A DNA stretch of 64,000 nt, taken from the NCBI GenBank assembly GCA_951406725.2, contig OX597814.1, positions 90,396,001 through 90,460,000 on the forward strand, given 5' to 3'. Within the stretch, counting starts at the first letter, position 1. The number at the start of each line of letters is the position of its first letter. A model generated the notes under the pieces. The model had not been told where the DNA came from, made no database searches, and worked only from the letters and a program-made list of their open reading frames with translations. The DNA comes from Octopus vulgaris (lineage: Eukaryota). Shown here in pieces: positions 26,930-39,634 of the stretch. The position numbers and the translations under genes are program-made.

Positions 26930-27345
26930 TCTTTTTCTTATACTTGTTTCAGTCGTTGGACTGAAAGCATGTTGGGGCAATGCCTTGAAATCGAGTACAT
27001 TTTACTCGAGTACATTGACCAAAGTATTTCTTAAATCTGAGTACTTATTTTATTGTTCTATTTTAACAAGCCACTAGTTTACGGGGACAAAGATACACCA
27101 ACACGGGTTGTCAAGTAGTAGGGTGGGGGACAAATACAGACACGCCTGAATATATGCATATATGTATATATATACGACGGGCTTTTTTCAGTTTCCCTCT
27201 ACCAAATCCACTCACAAGGGTTTGATCGGCTCGAGGCTATAGTAGAAGACACTTAGCCAAGGTGTCACGCACTGGTACTGGAGGACTGAATCTGGAACCA
27301 TGAGGTTGGGAAGCAAGCTTCTTACCACACAGCCACGCTTTAGCC
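26930..27345 (-). mobile_element. Major tRNA-derived SINE, diverged full-length copy
   Basis: Reverse complement of the 24561 family: CTTGTTTCAGTC...TTTCAGTTTCCCTCTACCAAATCCACTCACAAGG...CTTACCACACAGCCAC. Confidence 0.88.
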
Positions 27346-27552
27346 TATATATATATATATATATATATATATAGGTCTACTACTGGTAACCACTATAACC
27401 GATAGTGGCGAGCAGTCAACACGTTGTACTGAGGCTGACCAAAGAATTTTTTTATTTTTAGATATAACTGGGGTACTTAAATGTACTCATGTTTTTTGCT
27501 TCGACTTTTTCCATGGGCGCATGTAAGTATCTTATTTATATTCTCTCGTAAG

Positions 27553-27612
27553 CTCTACTGAAGACGAATAAATCTTTTATGAGATTAATTCCGAAATTGA
27601 TTCAATATAGAG
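27553..27612 (+). ncRNA. Type-I hammerhead ribozyme motif with complete catalytic core
   Basis: CTCTA-CTGAAGA-C-GAAT.AATCT..AGATT.ATTC-C-GAAA-TTG(ATT)CAA-TA-TAGAG. All three stems can form. The predicted cut is after A27607. Confidence 0.8.
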
Positions 27613-27766
27613 ATAAAGAAATTTAAATATTCTAACGACCAGTTTACCCGACTTCAGTTCGATTTTTGCTGTAGCGAGTAGATTATATGTGGAAATTGAC
27701 GATTTAATAGTCTGTTATCAGCATATTGGCTTTGAAATAATTTTCTTTAGCCCTTACTTATAAGTT

Positions 27767-27837
<71 letters not shown>

Positions 27838-27838
<1 letters not shown>

Positions 27839-27995
27839 GCTACGGACTTCCACATAGATTCCATCTACCAAATTCATTCCCAAAACATTGGTTTCTCTGG
27901 GGCTATCATAAAATACATTTACCCAAAGTACCAAACAGAACTGAATCCGAAACCACGTGTTTGCAAGTCGAGTTTGTTAACCACACAGCAAGGCT
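27838..27995 (-). mobile_element. Major SINE 5' half, diverged
   Basis: TTCCATCTACCAAATTCA...GAAACCACGTG...TTAACCACACAGC. Confidence 0.75.
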
Positions 27996-29405
27996 TTTCA
28001 AAGACATATAACTTTGGGCTAAATAGCTCCTGCTTTTTTTTAAAAGTTGATCGTCTTCATCATCATTGTCGTTAAGCATATTTCATACTTCACTTATCTG
28101 AAATATTTGCCGAACACTAAATCGGCGATGCGTAAAGACAATTCATTTTAGAGAGATCACAATGGCATGTCCTAAGACATTAATTATTCTAATGTGTTAC
28201 AAAAGTCATTCAGCTTGATATTTCCCTACATATATCAGGCACAACCATATCCTACTATCTCAGCCCACACATTGCACGTTTATAGCTGTAGTAAATTTGA
28301 CACTCTTGAAGGAATTCAGTCACTCGCCGTCATTCGAAATGTATTTATTTCTATTTCAGCAAATGAAAAGTAGGCATCGGCAATGTAAATCACGTCTTAG
28401 TCCGTTGCACTTTATGCTAGTAATCTCATCCTTCGCATCACAGCAATGGCAAGAGAGTGCTTACCAGCGATATAGAAAACTCCTATATTCTCCCTAAAGA
28501 AGGAGAGCTTTATAAACTAGGCAACTTCATTTCGGAAAACCTACTTTATTTTTTAGTCACATTTACTTCTCAGCACCACACTGAATACGCTTCTCCCTCT
28601 TGAACATACTCTAAAAAGTTTAACCCCAGAATTCCGCTCGACGTTGTAATACCCGCAACGTTTGTTCCTACAGGTATTGATCGTTTATGCTGCATGTACA
28701 GATGAGTTAAATGTGTAGAGTTTTTCTTTATCTTGCTTGAAAAATATAATGTTTCAATGTGGTATAGAGAAATTCAATATGCAGAATTTATGTGGAAGCC
28801 CGGTAAAATGTATTCTGCCACGCCTACTCGATATGAGCATTAGCCACAAGAACTAGAAATGTTAAATGCGACGGATTTCCATCATCACACGAAAGGAATA
28901 TCAATAAAACAATACGCAATCACATTAGATACCAGCTTCATGGACCTAACATCAATATTAATGTTTACTATTTTGCTAATATGGAGCATATTTATTATTA
29001 ATAAAAGACCTATCTGCATGAAACAAACGAATCTATATATGCAATTTAAATCATTGCTGATCTGAAGGTCATTTGCAAACAATTATATTCTCTTGTTGAA
29101 TATGTGTTCGTAATAGTAGAGGTGAATTTTGCAAGCCTTGGAGTATAAATATTCTGTCTTTGAGAAATAATTTCCCAAGGCAATTATCCTATAAAATCCA
29201 ATCGGTGTTATATGTGACCTATAACACTAGTAATCTTAATTGTTATTTCGTCAATGTATTTTCTGTTATCGAAATCTTAGCGATACATTATGTAAATTTT
29301 TTCTTCAATTAATATTCAGACCCAAATACAAAGGTATACACAGAACTATATATCTATATGTACGAAGTAACAAACACACGCAGGCACTAATATGCGTACA
29401 TATAT

Positions 29406-29411
29406 ACGTAC

Positions 29412-29442
<31 letters not shown>

Positions 29443-29549
29443 TGTATGTATGTATGTATGTTTGTATGTATGTATTACGTATGCATGCATGTATGTATGT
29501 ATGTATGTATGTATGTATGTATGTATGTATGTATGTATGTATGTATGTA
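29406..29549. repeat. (TATG)n microsatellite
   Basis: Direct reading. It is the source of the MYVC ORFs. Confidence 0.95.
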
Positions 29550-30060
29550 CAGGGTGTGGACGGTATTTGAGTACAGAGTTATGGTTTTAAAAAAAAAACG
29601 CTTAAAAACTGGATCTTTATAAAAATAACACAAACATAAAACTAAATTATCAATTTAATAATTTCACGTAATAAAACCACCATCAGCATCAATAAGTGCA
29701 TCTGCGCGTGGTGGATTTCGTTTACAAGCTCGGATTAAATGGCCCTTCTTCATATCAGACCAGAATCGAACTATAGCAGCTTTCAAAACATCTTTCTTGC
29801 TATGGGGGTGTTCCTTCACATTATTCCTCAACGATGTTCCATAATCAGTAGTCCAGTGGATTGAGATCTGGAGAAGCAGTAGGCCAAATGTTGGGGGTAA
29901 TATGATCATGCAAATTGTCGGCCATCCATTCTTTTGTCATTTGAGCCTTGTGTGATGGTAAAGACTCTTGTTGAAAGACATAAGGCTTTCTATTGCATAC
30001 ACCGTTGATCTAAAGCTTAACAACTTTATCCAGAACCTCAATATACACAGCAACATTCCC
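29550..30060 (-). mobile_element. Tc1/mariner-superfamily transposon 3' remnant (maT/DD37D-like)
   Basis: The minus strand reads PSHKAQMTKEWMADN...NIWPTASPDLNPLDY.LW and HSKKDVLKAAI...IRAC...DADGGFI. The terminus is TA|CAGGGTGT at 29548-29557. Confidence 0.8.
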
Positions 30061-30094
30061 TATAAGGCCGTGTGGAAAAAAGTGAGGAGGCATC

Positions 30095-30458
30095 ACATGC
30101 CCTTCATTCTTTTATTCTTTTGCTGGACCGCTAAGTTACAGGGGCGTACACACATACACTGGTTATCAAGTGGTGATGTCAGAACAATGACAGATACAAA
30201 GACGCACACACACACACATAGATGTATGTGCATACATACATACATATATATATGTGATCTCTTGAGCACCACTAGCAAAAATATTTTTTTCCTCTGTCTT
30301 CCCTTCTCGGGATCTTTCCTTCTCCTTGTTTCCGACGAAGAGCTCCGCTCGAAACGTTAAACCCTCCTTCCCTTCTTTCCTGAGCGTCAAATAATACTTT
30401 AATTGTTCCACGTCCTCGCGTTGCTGTGTTTTTTTCTGTGCTTTCTTGTTTGGATTAC

Positions 30459-30520
<62 letters not shown>

Positions 30521-30660
30521 TTGTATGTATGTATTATGTATGTATATATATATATACATATATATATATAGCAGGCTTCTTTCAGTTTCCGTCAACCAAA
30601 TCTACTCAAAAAGCACTAGTCGTCCCAAGACTATAATAGAAGACACCTGCCAAAGACGTA
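30095..30660 (-). mobile_element. Major SINE copy split at its internal microsatellite by a pLTR-like unit
   Basis: The 3' body (ACCGCTAAGTTAC.GGG.CGTA.ACAC) is at about 30095-30215. The 5' body (GGCTTCTTTCAGTTTCCGTC.ACCAAATC) resumes at about 30571-30655. Confidence 0.75.
30328..30362 (+). ncRNA. Minimal hammerhead motif, U4C variant, inside a TA-flanked pLTR-like unit (about 30280-30462)
   Basis: GTTT-CCGACGA-A-GAGC-TCC-GCTC-GAAA-CG-TT-AAAC, followed by TTCCTGAGCG as in the 21384 and 25375 units. Confidence 0.7.
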
Positions 30661-31322
30661 AAATGCTTGATTAAAACTGAAGGATGTTTGTAGGAAAATA
30701 TATATCAAAAAGTTGAGAATTGATATTTCGAGGGACTGAGTCCCACGTATGCGACTTACAAATGAAATATGAGATTGAGAATGGAAAACTTTTAAATAAC
30801 ATCACAACGAAAAGAGAGAGAACGCTCCAGACTAGGTGTCTATATCAGGAGGAAAATCAAATGAAACTTATATAAATATAAGATGAATATTGCCGCGTAT
30901 TATTTGCTTATGCTTCTGTGCTCATTCCTGCGTGTACATGTGAGCTTGTATGTGTAAGTATTTAGCTTTAGGAATTAGATTTACTACATACAAAGTGAAA
31001 TCACGTCCACCTCGATCGATTAGTTTTCTGACCACTTGTAGTTCGTTACTGCCGGCAACCGCATTGCACTTGTACGTCTTATTCGGCTGTATGTATAATA
31101 ATTTCCTCAAGGTCTCCTAATAACAAAGAAGAAATCGTATCATATATACAACACTTTATGTATTTTCTAGATTATTTATTTTGTGTGGCATTTTTCTATT
31201 GTTTACATCTGATTATATATTTTCAAGTCCTCTATCATTGTCAGAGTTATTTTAAACTTTTAAAGTTGTAGATGTTATGTTTATTGATTTCCATAGTGAA
31301 ACGTACGAACATACATACATAT

Positions 31323-31380
<58 letters not shown>

Positions 31381-32949
31381 TGCATACATACACACAGAGA
31401 GGACCCTGCGTTGCTCACACACTCATACACACATGATAATCCATACACATGCACACAGGTCCGTACGCACACACATCTATACACGAAACGCACATCACAC
31501 CACAGAATGTAATCACAAGGGTAGTTATGCACACACACAAGCCTATAATTTTTAGCTCACCCACACATACATTCACACTCACTCGTCCCTATTCACACAT
31601 ACACGCACACACACACACAATTCTCACATACACACACGCGCTTGTGCACCTTAGCTCGGCTGGGTCACCGTTATTGTTTCCCTTTCACGCAGCCTCCACC
31701 TTCCCGCCATTTTATTATGTTGAACAGTTTGTGCTGCCCTTGTTTTCTTTTTGCATTTGATTGCAAACATGCCCTGGTGTTTCAAGAAGCCTAGGCAAAA
31801 ATAGATGCTTTAAATTATTCATTTAGATGAAGAATGACAAGATCATAGGCGCAAAGTAAACAGCTGACAGGTTGAAAGGATTATGATCTCCACCATCACT
31901 ATACAGTATAGGGAATATAAATCTAATTCTTTGTTGTTAAAGGAAAACATTTCAAAACAAATCCTTGTGGCAGTTATGTTAGCATGGTGCAATGAAAAGC
32001 GTTTATAATTTCAAAAATTAAGAAGTAGCTTTCTCTGTAACCAAAATAGACACACTCGCATATATAGGCACTTCAGCAAACGAAAATTTACTTCCTTTAT
32101 TTTGTTTATCTTCAATTCATCTAAGCTATACTCGTTCACGACTAACAATTTATAAATTTCTTGACTACTTTCAGTTAATTCCTTAATTATAGGTTTCTGA
32201 TTTAAGTATTTTGGACATACTCACCCCCACTAGATTTTCCCCTAATTTTCATTTCTTTTCCTCCTATTTATCTCCGCATCTCATATTCTCACGTCACCGG
32301 AATACTCATGCTAGCTACCATGTGCTTTATTGCTACTCTGTGCCACCCACATCACTTCCCTTACAAAACACATTAGTATCATTATTTTTATCATCAGGTT
32401 GATTTTCTTCTCACAACCCTATAACCGTCTATCCCTTGTCTCTTTTTAATGTTGTCGCTAGTGGTGAACAAATAATTTTTCTCCCATCAAATGAAATTTG
32501 ATACTGGTAACAAGGTCCTGACTGACCATTTTGGGAATCTCTCGTTCAGATACACTAATTAAATCTATATTGCCTTCTCCACCTTTCTTCATAGCCTTGG
32601 CACTCCGCCACCTCATCCTCCTCCTCCTCCTTCTAACATACCTCTGTATGCAACATATATCATGATCCCGTCTTCGGTTGAAGTGATAGGAGTCATAATG
32701 TACAAGCAGCTAAACATACAATGCTTTATCATACCAATTATTTCTGCAAGGAAACTTGTATTTAGTGAGAATTACCTTAAGTATACGTGCGTTTGTGTCT
32801 CTGTCTATAGAAACACAAACGTTGTTATACGTGCATACATACATACATATATATGCATATGTATACACATACATTTATACACACACGCACACACACAAAC
32901 ACACAAGCGTGCGCGCAGCCACACACAGATGCACATATATACGAATATA

Positions 32950-33070
32950 TTCTTTTACTTGTTTCAGTCATTTGACTGCGGCCATGTTGGAGCACCGCCT
33001 CTAGTCGACTGAGCCCATGACCATGTGGTTCGTAAACAAACTACTTACTACATAGCCACTCCTGCGCCTA
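32950..33070 (-). mobile_element. Major SINE with internal deletion (tRNA head fused directly to the tail)
   Basis: TTTTACTTGTTTCAGTCATTTGACTGCGGCCATG...GTCGACT is joined to ACCATGTGGTT...CTTACTACATAGCCACTCCTGCGCCTA. Confidence 0.8.
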
Positions 33071-34302
33071 TATATATATATATATATATATATATCAGTA
33101 ATCTCCAAGAGTATTTTTAGTAATGATAAAATATATCAAGTAAAGGCTATATTGACATACACAGACATTCCTCTCAGATAATTACATAGTACTTTAATAA
33201 CTAATCTCGGTGAACTCTCATTTCCATAACAATCTGGTTCAGATTTTACTCTTTGTAAAATATTTGAAAGTGACTTAGTGCTTTATCTAATTGCATAAAC
33301 AGAATTCAAGTTATTATATGGTTTATATGACTAATTGCAATTACATTTTTAATAATATTCAAACACATTTATTTATTTACTCAAATATGTAAGGAGCATA
33401 ATTTTATGTTTTACTGCGTATTATGCTTTGGGGAATAGGTAATCTCATGCAGTTAAATGAATGAAGCATGTAACATATTTCGGGGAAAATAATGTCTTTT
33501 AGTGCTATTGAATCAATTATCGTTTATTTCCATTATAATTATTTAGTTGTTTTGAGAATACCTTTGTGTTAAACAATAAACGCAGTAACTGAAAACTAAA
33601 TTATCTAGATAGTTTTAGAATTACTATTAATTACTAATCTTCAATAGATTTTAATAAAGCAAAACGTATATTAAAACTTACTATTGGAATATAGTTTTTA
33701 TTATTGTAAAGGGAAATTATATAAACTGAATTAAATTTCATGTTAAGTTTTCTGATAATTTTTATAATAAAACGGCATTGTTTTGGCTGAAGTTTTATAT
33801 TATACAGTTCAATTTAATATGCAGACGACTACATATAAATACAACAGTCACATAGAGACACAGCAAGAATATATTTACATATAAGACGAAAATGTTTGTC
33901 CTTGTTTACGTACAGCTGCTTGGGAATACAGCCAGTGTATTTTATCTGTAAGTGGGTGGAGTAAAATATTTTCATTGATTAGAAAAAAATTGACATAAAA
34001 TAAAGATAAAAAGACTAAATTCAAATATTCCAATTAATAGATTAATTAATAACATTGAAGCAATGCTTCATATTATTGGGTGTAACAGAAGAAACGCTTA
34101 ATTACTTGAAATATGCATATTTTTTTCTTTATTCAATTTAATTAGTGGAAGGATTAATGATGGGTTCTATTCTATACTGAGTTACATCTTGTTTCCTGGC
34201 CACCGTTTTATTATTCGCGTAAATGTACAGGTCTACGCATACATCGATTTATATGCGTTATATATTTACGCATACACTTATACACACTCGCAAAATTGTA
34301 TA

Positions 34303-35360
34303 CAGTATATCACGGAAGTATGTATACCCCTAAAATATTTCAGTAAAGTTGCCGTTATTCTGATAATATCGAAATATATACTGAATAAAGTACATGCAAT
34401 CATTATGCAAATTTGGAATACAAAACAATAAACATTTTCAAAGATATGAACGAAATATTTATTTTGAAACGATACAAGAATATGTACACCCTAAAGGATT
34501 ATTAGCTATATTCAATATTTAGTGTGATCGCCCTTGCTTTCAATGCCTGCATTAAGTCTTCTTGGCATAGTCGACTAAATTTCCGCATATAACCGCTGAA
34601 ATCGACCTCCATTCATCCTGAATGATGTCTTTCAACTGTGTTACATTGCTGCGTGTTTTCTCCTCAACCTTTTCAAAACACCCCACAGATGTTCTATTGG
34701 GTTTAAATCAGGTTACATGGTAGGCCAAAGCAATACCTTTAACTTTTTATCAGATTAAAACTTAGACGTCATATTTGAAGTATATTTAGGGTCATTATCA
34801 TGTTGGAACTTGATGCTTTTCAACATTGTTTTCTGCAATATGTCTTGAATCATAAAGCCTTTATTGTTTACTCAATAAATGTGAATCCGCCCACACCAGC
34901 CGCACTCATGCGTCCCCAAAGCTTAACACTTCCGCCGCTGTATTTCACGGTGGGCACGGAACATTTGTCTCTGTTATCTTCACCTGGTCGTCGCCATACG
35001 CGTTTAATACCATCAGACCCAAACAAGTTAAGTTTCGTCTCGTCAGAACAAAGAATTCTATTCCAAAACACCTTCCCCTTACTCAAAAGAAAGACGACTA
35101 GATTTATGTCTGGTACTGAGGAGAGACTTCCTACGAGGAATGCGTCCATGAAGACCACACTGAGTCAAACTTCGACGAGCTGTTTGGATGGATACACTCT
35201 TTCTAGTAACAGAAGACACTTCTTGGGCCACAGACGAAGCGGTACGACGCCTGTTGTACATCCCACCACGTTAGAATTAGTGAATATCACGCGCAGTTAA
35301 AATAGAATGACGACCTGGACGATGTTTATTGCTTAGGCGTACGATAACTTTGTACTTCTG
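34303..35360 (-). mobile_element. Tc1-family (DD34E) transposon, 5'-truncated and decayed
   Basis: Reads GLHGRIPRRK, WNRILCSDETKLNLFGSDG...VWRRPGE, KYSGGSVKLWG, QHDNDPKYTS and DLNPIEHLWG. The terminus is TA|CAGTATATCACGGAAGTATGTATACCCC. Confidence 0.92.
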
Positions 35361-35421
35361 AATACCTAAATCTCCACGAGGCTCCGGCAGGGGGTGATGG
35401 CGAACCCTGCTGTATTCTTTC

Positions 35422-36259
35422 ACGGCGCACACGGCGGAAACTTAAACGGACCACGCCCCAGTTTTAATTTTTTTTAACGGAACACCACGTTTTCGGCTAT
35501 GGAGATTCCGATTCTGAAAAAAAAACCCAAAAAACATTTCAATAATCACAACTTCAAAATTTCACTTCCCCAACCCCATTTCTTCATTTTTCACTTTTTC
35601 CGGAAATTTTTTTCTTGCAAAATATGTACACAAATACTCTTTACTCTTTTACTCTTTTACTTGTTTCAGTCATTTGACCGCGGCCATGCTGGAGCACCGC
35701 CTTTTGGAGATTATGATATGATCCTGAAAAAAAATTGTTTGTAAAATTTCAAATTTTCAAAAGAAAAAAAATTACCTCAACTCCTCCCGATTCTACGGTC
35801 TTGGCCTTCAAGCAGGCTATTCACATGCTAGAAATAACAGCGAAATCTCACAAAAATGCGATAACATAATGAAAGAAATATGTGTGATTTGGCTGTTATT
35901 TCTAACATGTGGATTGCCTGCATGAAGGCCAAGGCCGTAGAATTGGGAGGGGAGAGGTTCTTTTTTTTTTTTTTTGTAAAATTTCAATTTTACAAACAAT
36001 TTGTTTTCTGAATCATAATCTACGTATTTCGCGAAAAAAAGAAAAAAAAAAAGAAAAAGAAAATTCGGGAAAAAGTGAAAAGGATGAAGAAAGGAGTTGG
36101 TATTAAACTTTTGAAAGGGGGTTGGTATTAAACTTTTGAAGTTGCAACTTTTTAAAATTTTTTTCAGAATCGGAATCTCCATTGCCGAAAACGTGCGATT
36201 CTATATATAAAAAAAAAGGAATTCTAAACGGGGAAGGGGTCTCCGCCATGTGCTTCCGT
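35422..36259. mobile_element. Foldback / long-TIR non-autonomous element, arms about 400 bp, spacer about 28 bp
   Basis: CACGTTTTCGGC.ATGGAGATTCCGATTCTGAAAAAA pairs with TTTTTTCAGAATCGGAATCTCCAT.GCCGAAAACGTG. ATTCTACGG.CTTGGCCTTCA.GCAGGC pairs with GCCTGC.TGAAGGCCAAG.CCGTAGAAT. A SINE tail is inserted in the left arm at about 35636-35705. Confidence 0.85.
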
Positions 36260-36884
36260 CTGGAATATATATACATATATATAATGTGTGTGTGTGTGTG
36301 TGTGTATGTGTGCGTGTTTAGCGTGTGCGGATGCGTGCGCACGTATATGTATGAATTTGCATAGATATACACTCTTATAAAATGACAGACACCCGTACAT
36401 AATCACATAATATCTCAGAAAAAGAGAACTACGCACATGTTAAGGTCTGTTTGAGCAAGAATTTGTTGTGGAAATTGGCCGATTAGATGACACGCAGAGA
36501 CAGTAGTTTTTATCTCTGCGAATGTGAATTACGGATAATTACGGACTAATGTAGCATTAAAATATAGTGAAATGTTACAAGGTAAATTCAATCCAATAAA
36601 ACTATTAGTTTTGCTGCCTAATTTTAAGCAAATTTGTATTTAATGACCAGCACGAAGTTCTCCAAAACATACGTATATAGATGCACACATACATACATAC
36701 ATCCACAACGAAATGGCATTATTTAACACTTCAAGTAAAAGTAGATAATAAATATCTAAAATTTAACGAAAAGAAAACAGAAATCATTTTTTTTTCTCGC
36801 TCTCAGGAATATCTTCAACCTCATACTTAAAAATTATATAAAATGTTTACTATATAATACATCGTAATTGCGACGTTTCTTGTC

Positions 36885-37070
36885 TGGGATCAAACCAGTG
36901 GAGACAGAGGAGTACTTTTCATCACGAACAAGTGAATTCTTGAAAAGGAGTCTATTAGATAGATGGAAGAGCAGGTAGATGGAAGAGCATTGTAAAAAAT
37001 GAAGGAGAGAATATCTGAGATTAAAAAAAGAACTTCATCTTAATTTTGACAAAATAAAAGAAGTAAAAAT

Positions 37071-37124
<54 letters not shown>

Positions 37125-37158
37125 ATATATATTTGTGCATTAATTATGTGATAACTCA

Positions 37159-37160
<2 letters not shown>
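36885..37160 (+). mobile_element. Mariner 3' remnant with TIR-like end separated from it by a TA tract
   Basis: EEYFSSRTSEF.KR...DRWKSIVKNEGE resembles a mariner transposase C-terminus. GCATTAATTATGTGATAACTCAATA at about 37137-37161 resembles a mariner TIR. Confidence 0.6.
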
Positions 37161-37189
<29 letters not shown>

Positions 37190-37462
37190 TTAATATTTCT
37201 CGATAAATTATGAGCGCGGATATAATCCTAGTTTTGTCGGGACGTTCGAGTCTGCGAGATATGATATAGAGAGTAAATATTAGACGCTGCTTCTATGAGT
37301 TAGATCCAGAAACAGTCTCATGAAAATCTGAAAATAAATTATTTTATTGCTGAAAGCTAGTCTGATTATTTAGTAAATGTTTTATCTTATTTCACTTAAT
37401 TTATCAAGCTTGATATATATATATATATATATATGATATATATGTATATATATATATATGGC

Positions 37463-37518
<56 letters not shown>

Positions 37519-37619
37519 GTATGTGCATATATATAAATAAATATATGTATATATATATATATATATATATACATGCATACATGTACATACTTATATATGC
37601 ATATATATTTGCTTATATG

Positions 37620-37965
37620 GGTAGAGCACTTCGCAAAACGTAAACACCAAATACGAAAACAACATGAAACACGAAGGCAAACTTGGGTATGCGAACATCG
37701 AGAGAAACAAATAGAAAACAAGCCAAGTAACATATAGAACGACCCTTCATCAGTTGTCGGCTGTTTATCTACTCCACATTTCGAGCAATTAACAGCTATA
37801 TGAGGCTTCGAAAAACAGTTGCTCCCGCAAACCAAAAGAACATTTTGGATTTAGTGAGTTGGTAACAAAACAGGACAGTGGAGACATACATCAAACCAAA
37901 AGAAAACGAACATGAAGGCCCTTTAGCCCGCACGCACGGGAGAGAAATGTTTTTTTTTGTAGGAA
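37620..37965 (-). mobile_element. Interspersed repeat next to a TA tract, same family as the 59255-60122 arms
   Basis: AAACAACATGAAA...GACCCTTCATCAGTTGTCGGCTGT.TATCTACTCC.CATTTCGA is shared with about 59295-59405. Confidence 0.8.
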
Positions 37966-39634
37966 AGGAATGAAAGGATGATTAGCTTGTGCAATGAGTC
38001 AAGGACACGCAATATGTGCTTTCGATGATCAGCGATAGAGCGCAATACTAGCTTACTAATAATAATGCAAACGATACTTTAGCATTTGGAATATCGTGGC
38101 TTTTGTAAGGCAAACATTTGAATATACTAGGCATAGTTTGTTTTAGTTTACTAACACAAGTTCGCTAGAGTACTACAAGTTGCTATATAAATTGTTCTGA
38201 TCTTTGATAACTTTAATATAATGCTGCTGATATAATCTACTTGTTCTAAAGGAATACAAGAAGTTTTTATTGGCTGTCCTATAATATATAATAAATCTTA
38301 CTATAATAGCCTGCATTTATTTCCTTCCGTTCAAATAATATTCTATGTGTAAGCTATTTAAAATTTAGAATATATATACGTATATTTTTAAATGGCTTCT
38401 CTTTTAACGTACGAACACAAAATTACTGGAGCGATATAAAAACAATTACACATTAGATTACATAAGACCCAACGAAAATCTTTAGCCGTCAACTGTTAGC
38501 AAATATCAAAAGAAATTGATTTTGCACATTACAGTGCTATATGTACCGTGATGAAGAAACTATAAATAATAAACTGATTTGTTTAGAACATTTTTAATGT
38601 ATAAATGAAAAACATTTACTTTCTGTAGTTTGTGTGAAATACGTAAATTAGCAACAAAGTTATCGATGAGGAAGTCCACATGATTCCACTGATAGGCACC
38701 TACATGCAGAGATACTATATATAACCAAATTTTAGAACTAAATATAATTTACGCTCCGATCATCAATAATAATTTTGTAATAATGTATAACACTTTGACT
38801 TCAAATACTTATATTCCCTTATGTGAAAGTGACTGTCAACGTAAGCAAGAATAATGCCGATATTTTATGCTTCGGAAAATTCATTTGCACTTAGTAAATG
38901 TTCGGGTTACTGTTATTCTAATATAATGCACTATTACCGCCGGAGTTAATATGATATATAGTAATTTCAGATTATCGACCAAGAATACCTGCTATTCTGA
39001 ATATTAAATCTACGATCACTTTTCCCAAAAGTTTTGGTAATTCTAAATGAAGAATTACAATCGGATATTTCTAACTATGAGAAAATTTCACTACCGTCAA
39101 CTAAAATGAAATGAAAAACTACTGTTTGTTGACTTCACAAACCTTTATAAAGTAAACATTCAAAGGTAAGTTGTACATAAAGAGTCGATAAAACTTATGC
39201 TAGTTTCTTGCATAGTGGTTAAGTATCGAACTTAGTCTAAGACAAATTTAACCAACACTTTCGAAAGACGAGATTAGTAACAGGACTTTTGCCTAAAATA
39301 CTGAAGTGTATTCTGAATAAGCAATAATTACCCATGTGGTTTACAAAATGATAATATTCAGTTAAGTCGGTTATCATCAAGTATATCTCATCCATAGAGA
39401 TATAGATTATGTATTTCTTGGCAAAGAATAGTTTTAAAATAAATCGCAATAAATTTACGAGACTAATTCCTTTATAGTATTACTTAATATGTTCTCGCTC
39501 GAAAGTCCCAGGTATTTATGACTGATTAGACACAAGAAAGATCGGCGTTCCAGGCACATCTGCGCTTTTGAATAGATTATGTTAAATACAATATCGTCAT
39601 AAAAAAAACCTGTTTTCCTCCTTTGTCTTTCGTT

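Noticed and set aside
31655-31790. GC-richer patch with a YY1-like CGCCATTTT motif
   Set aside because: A single short motif is not enough to call a promoter or enhancer.
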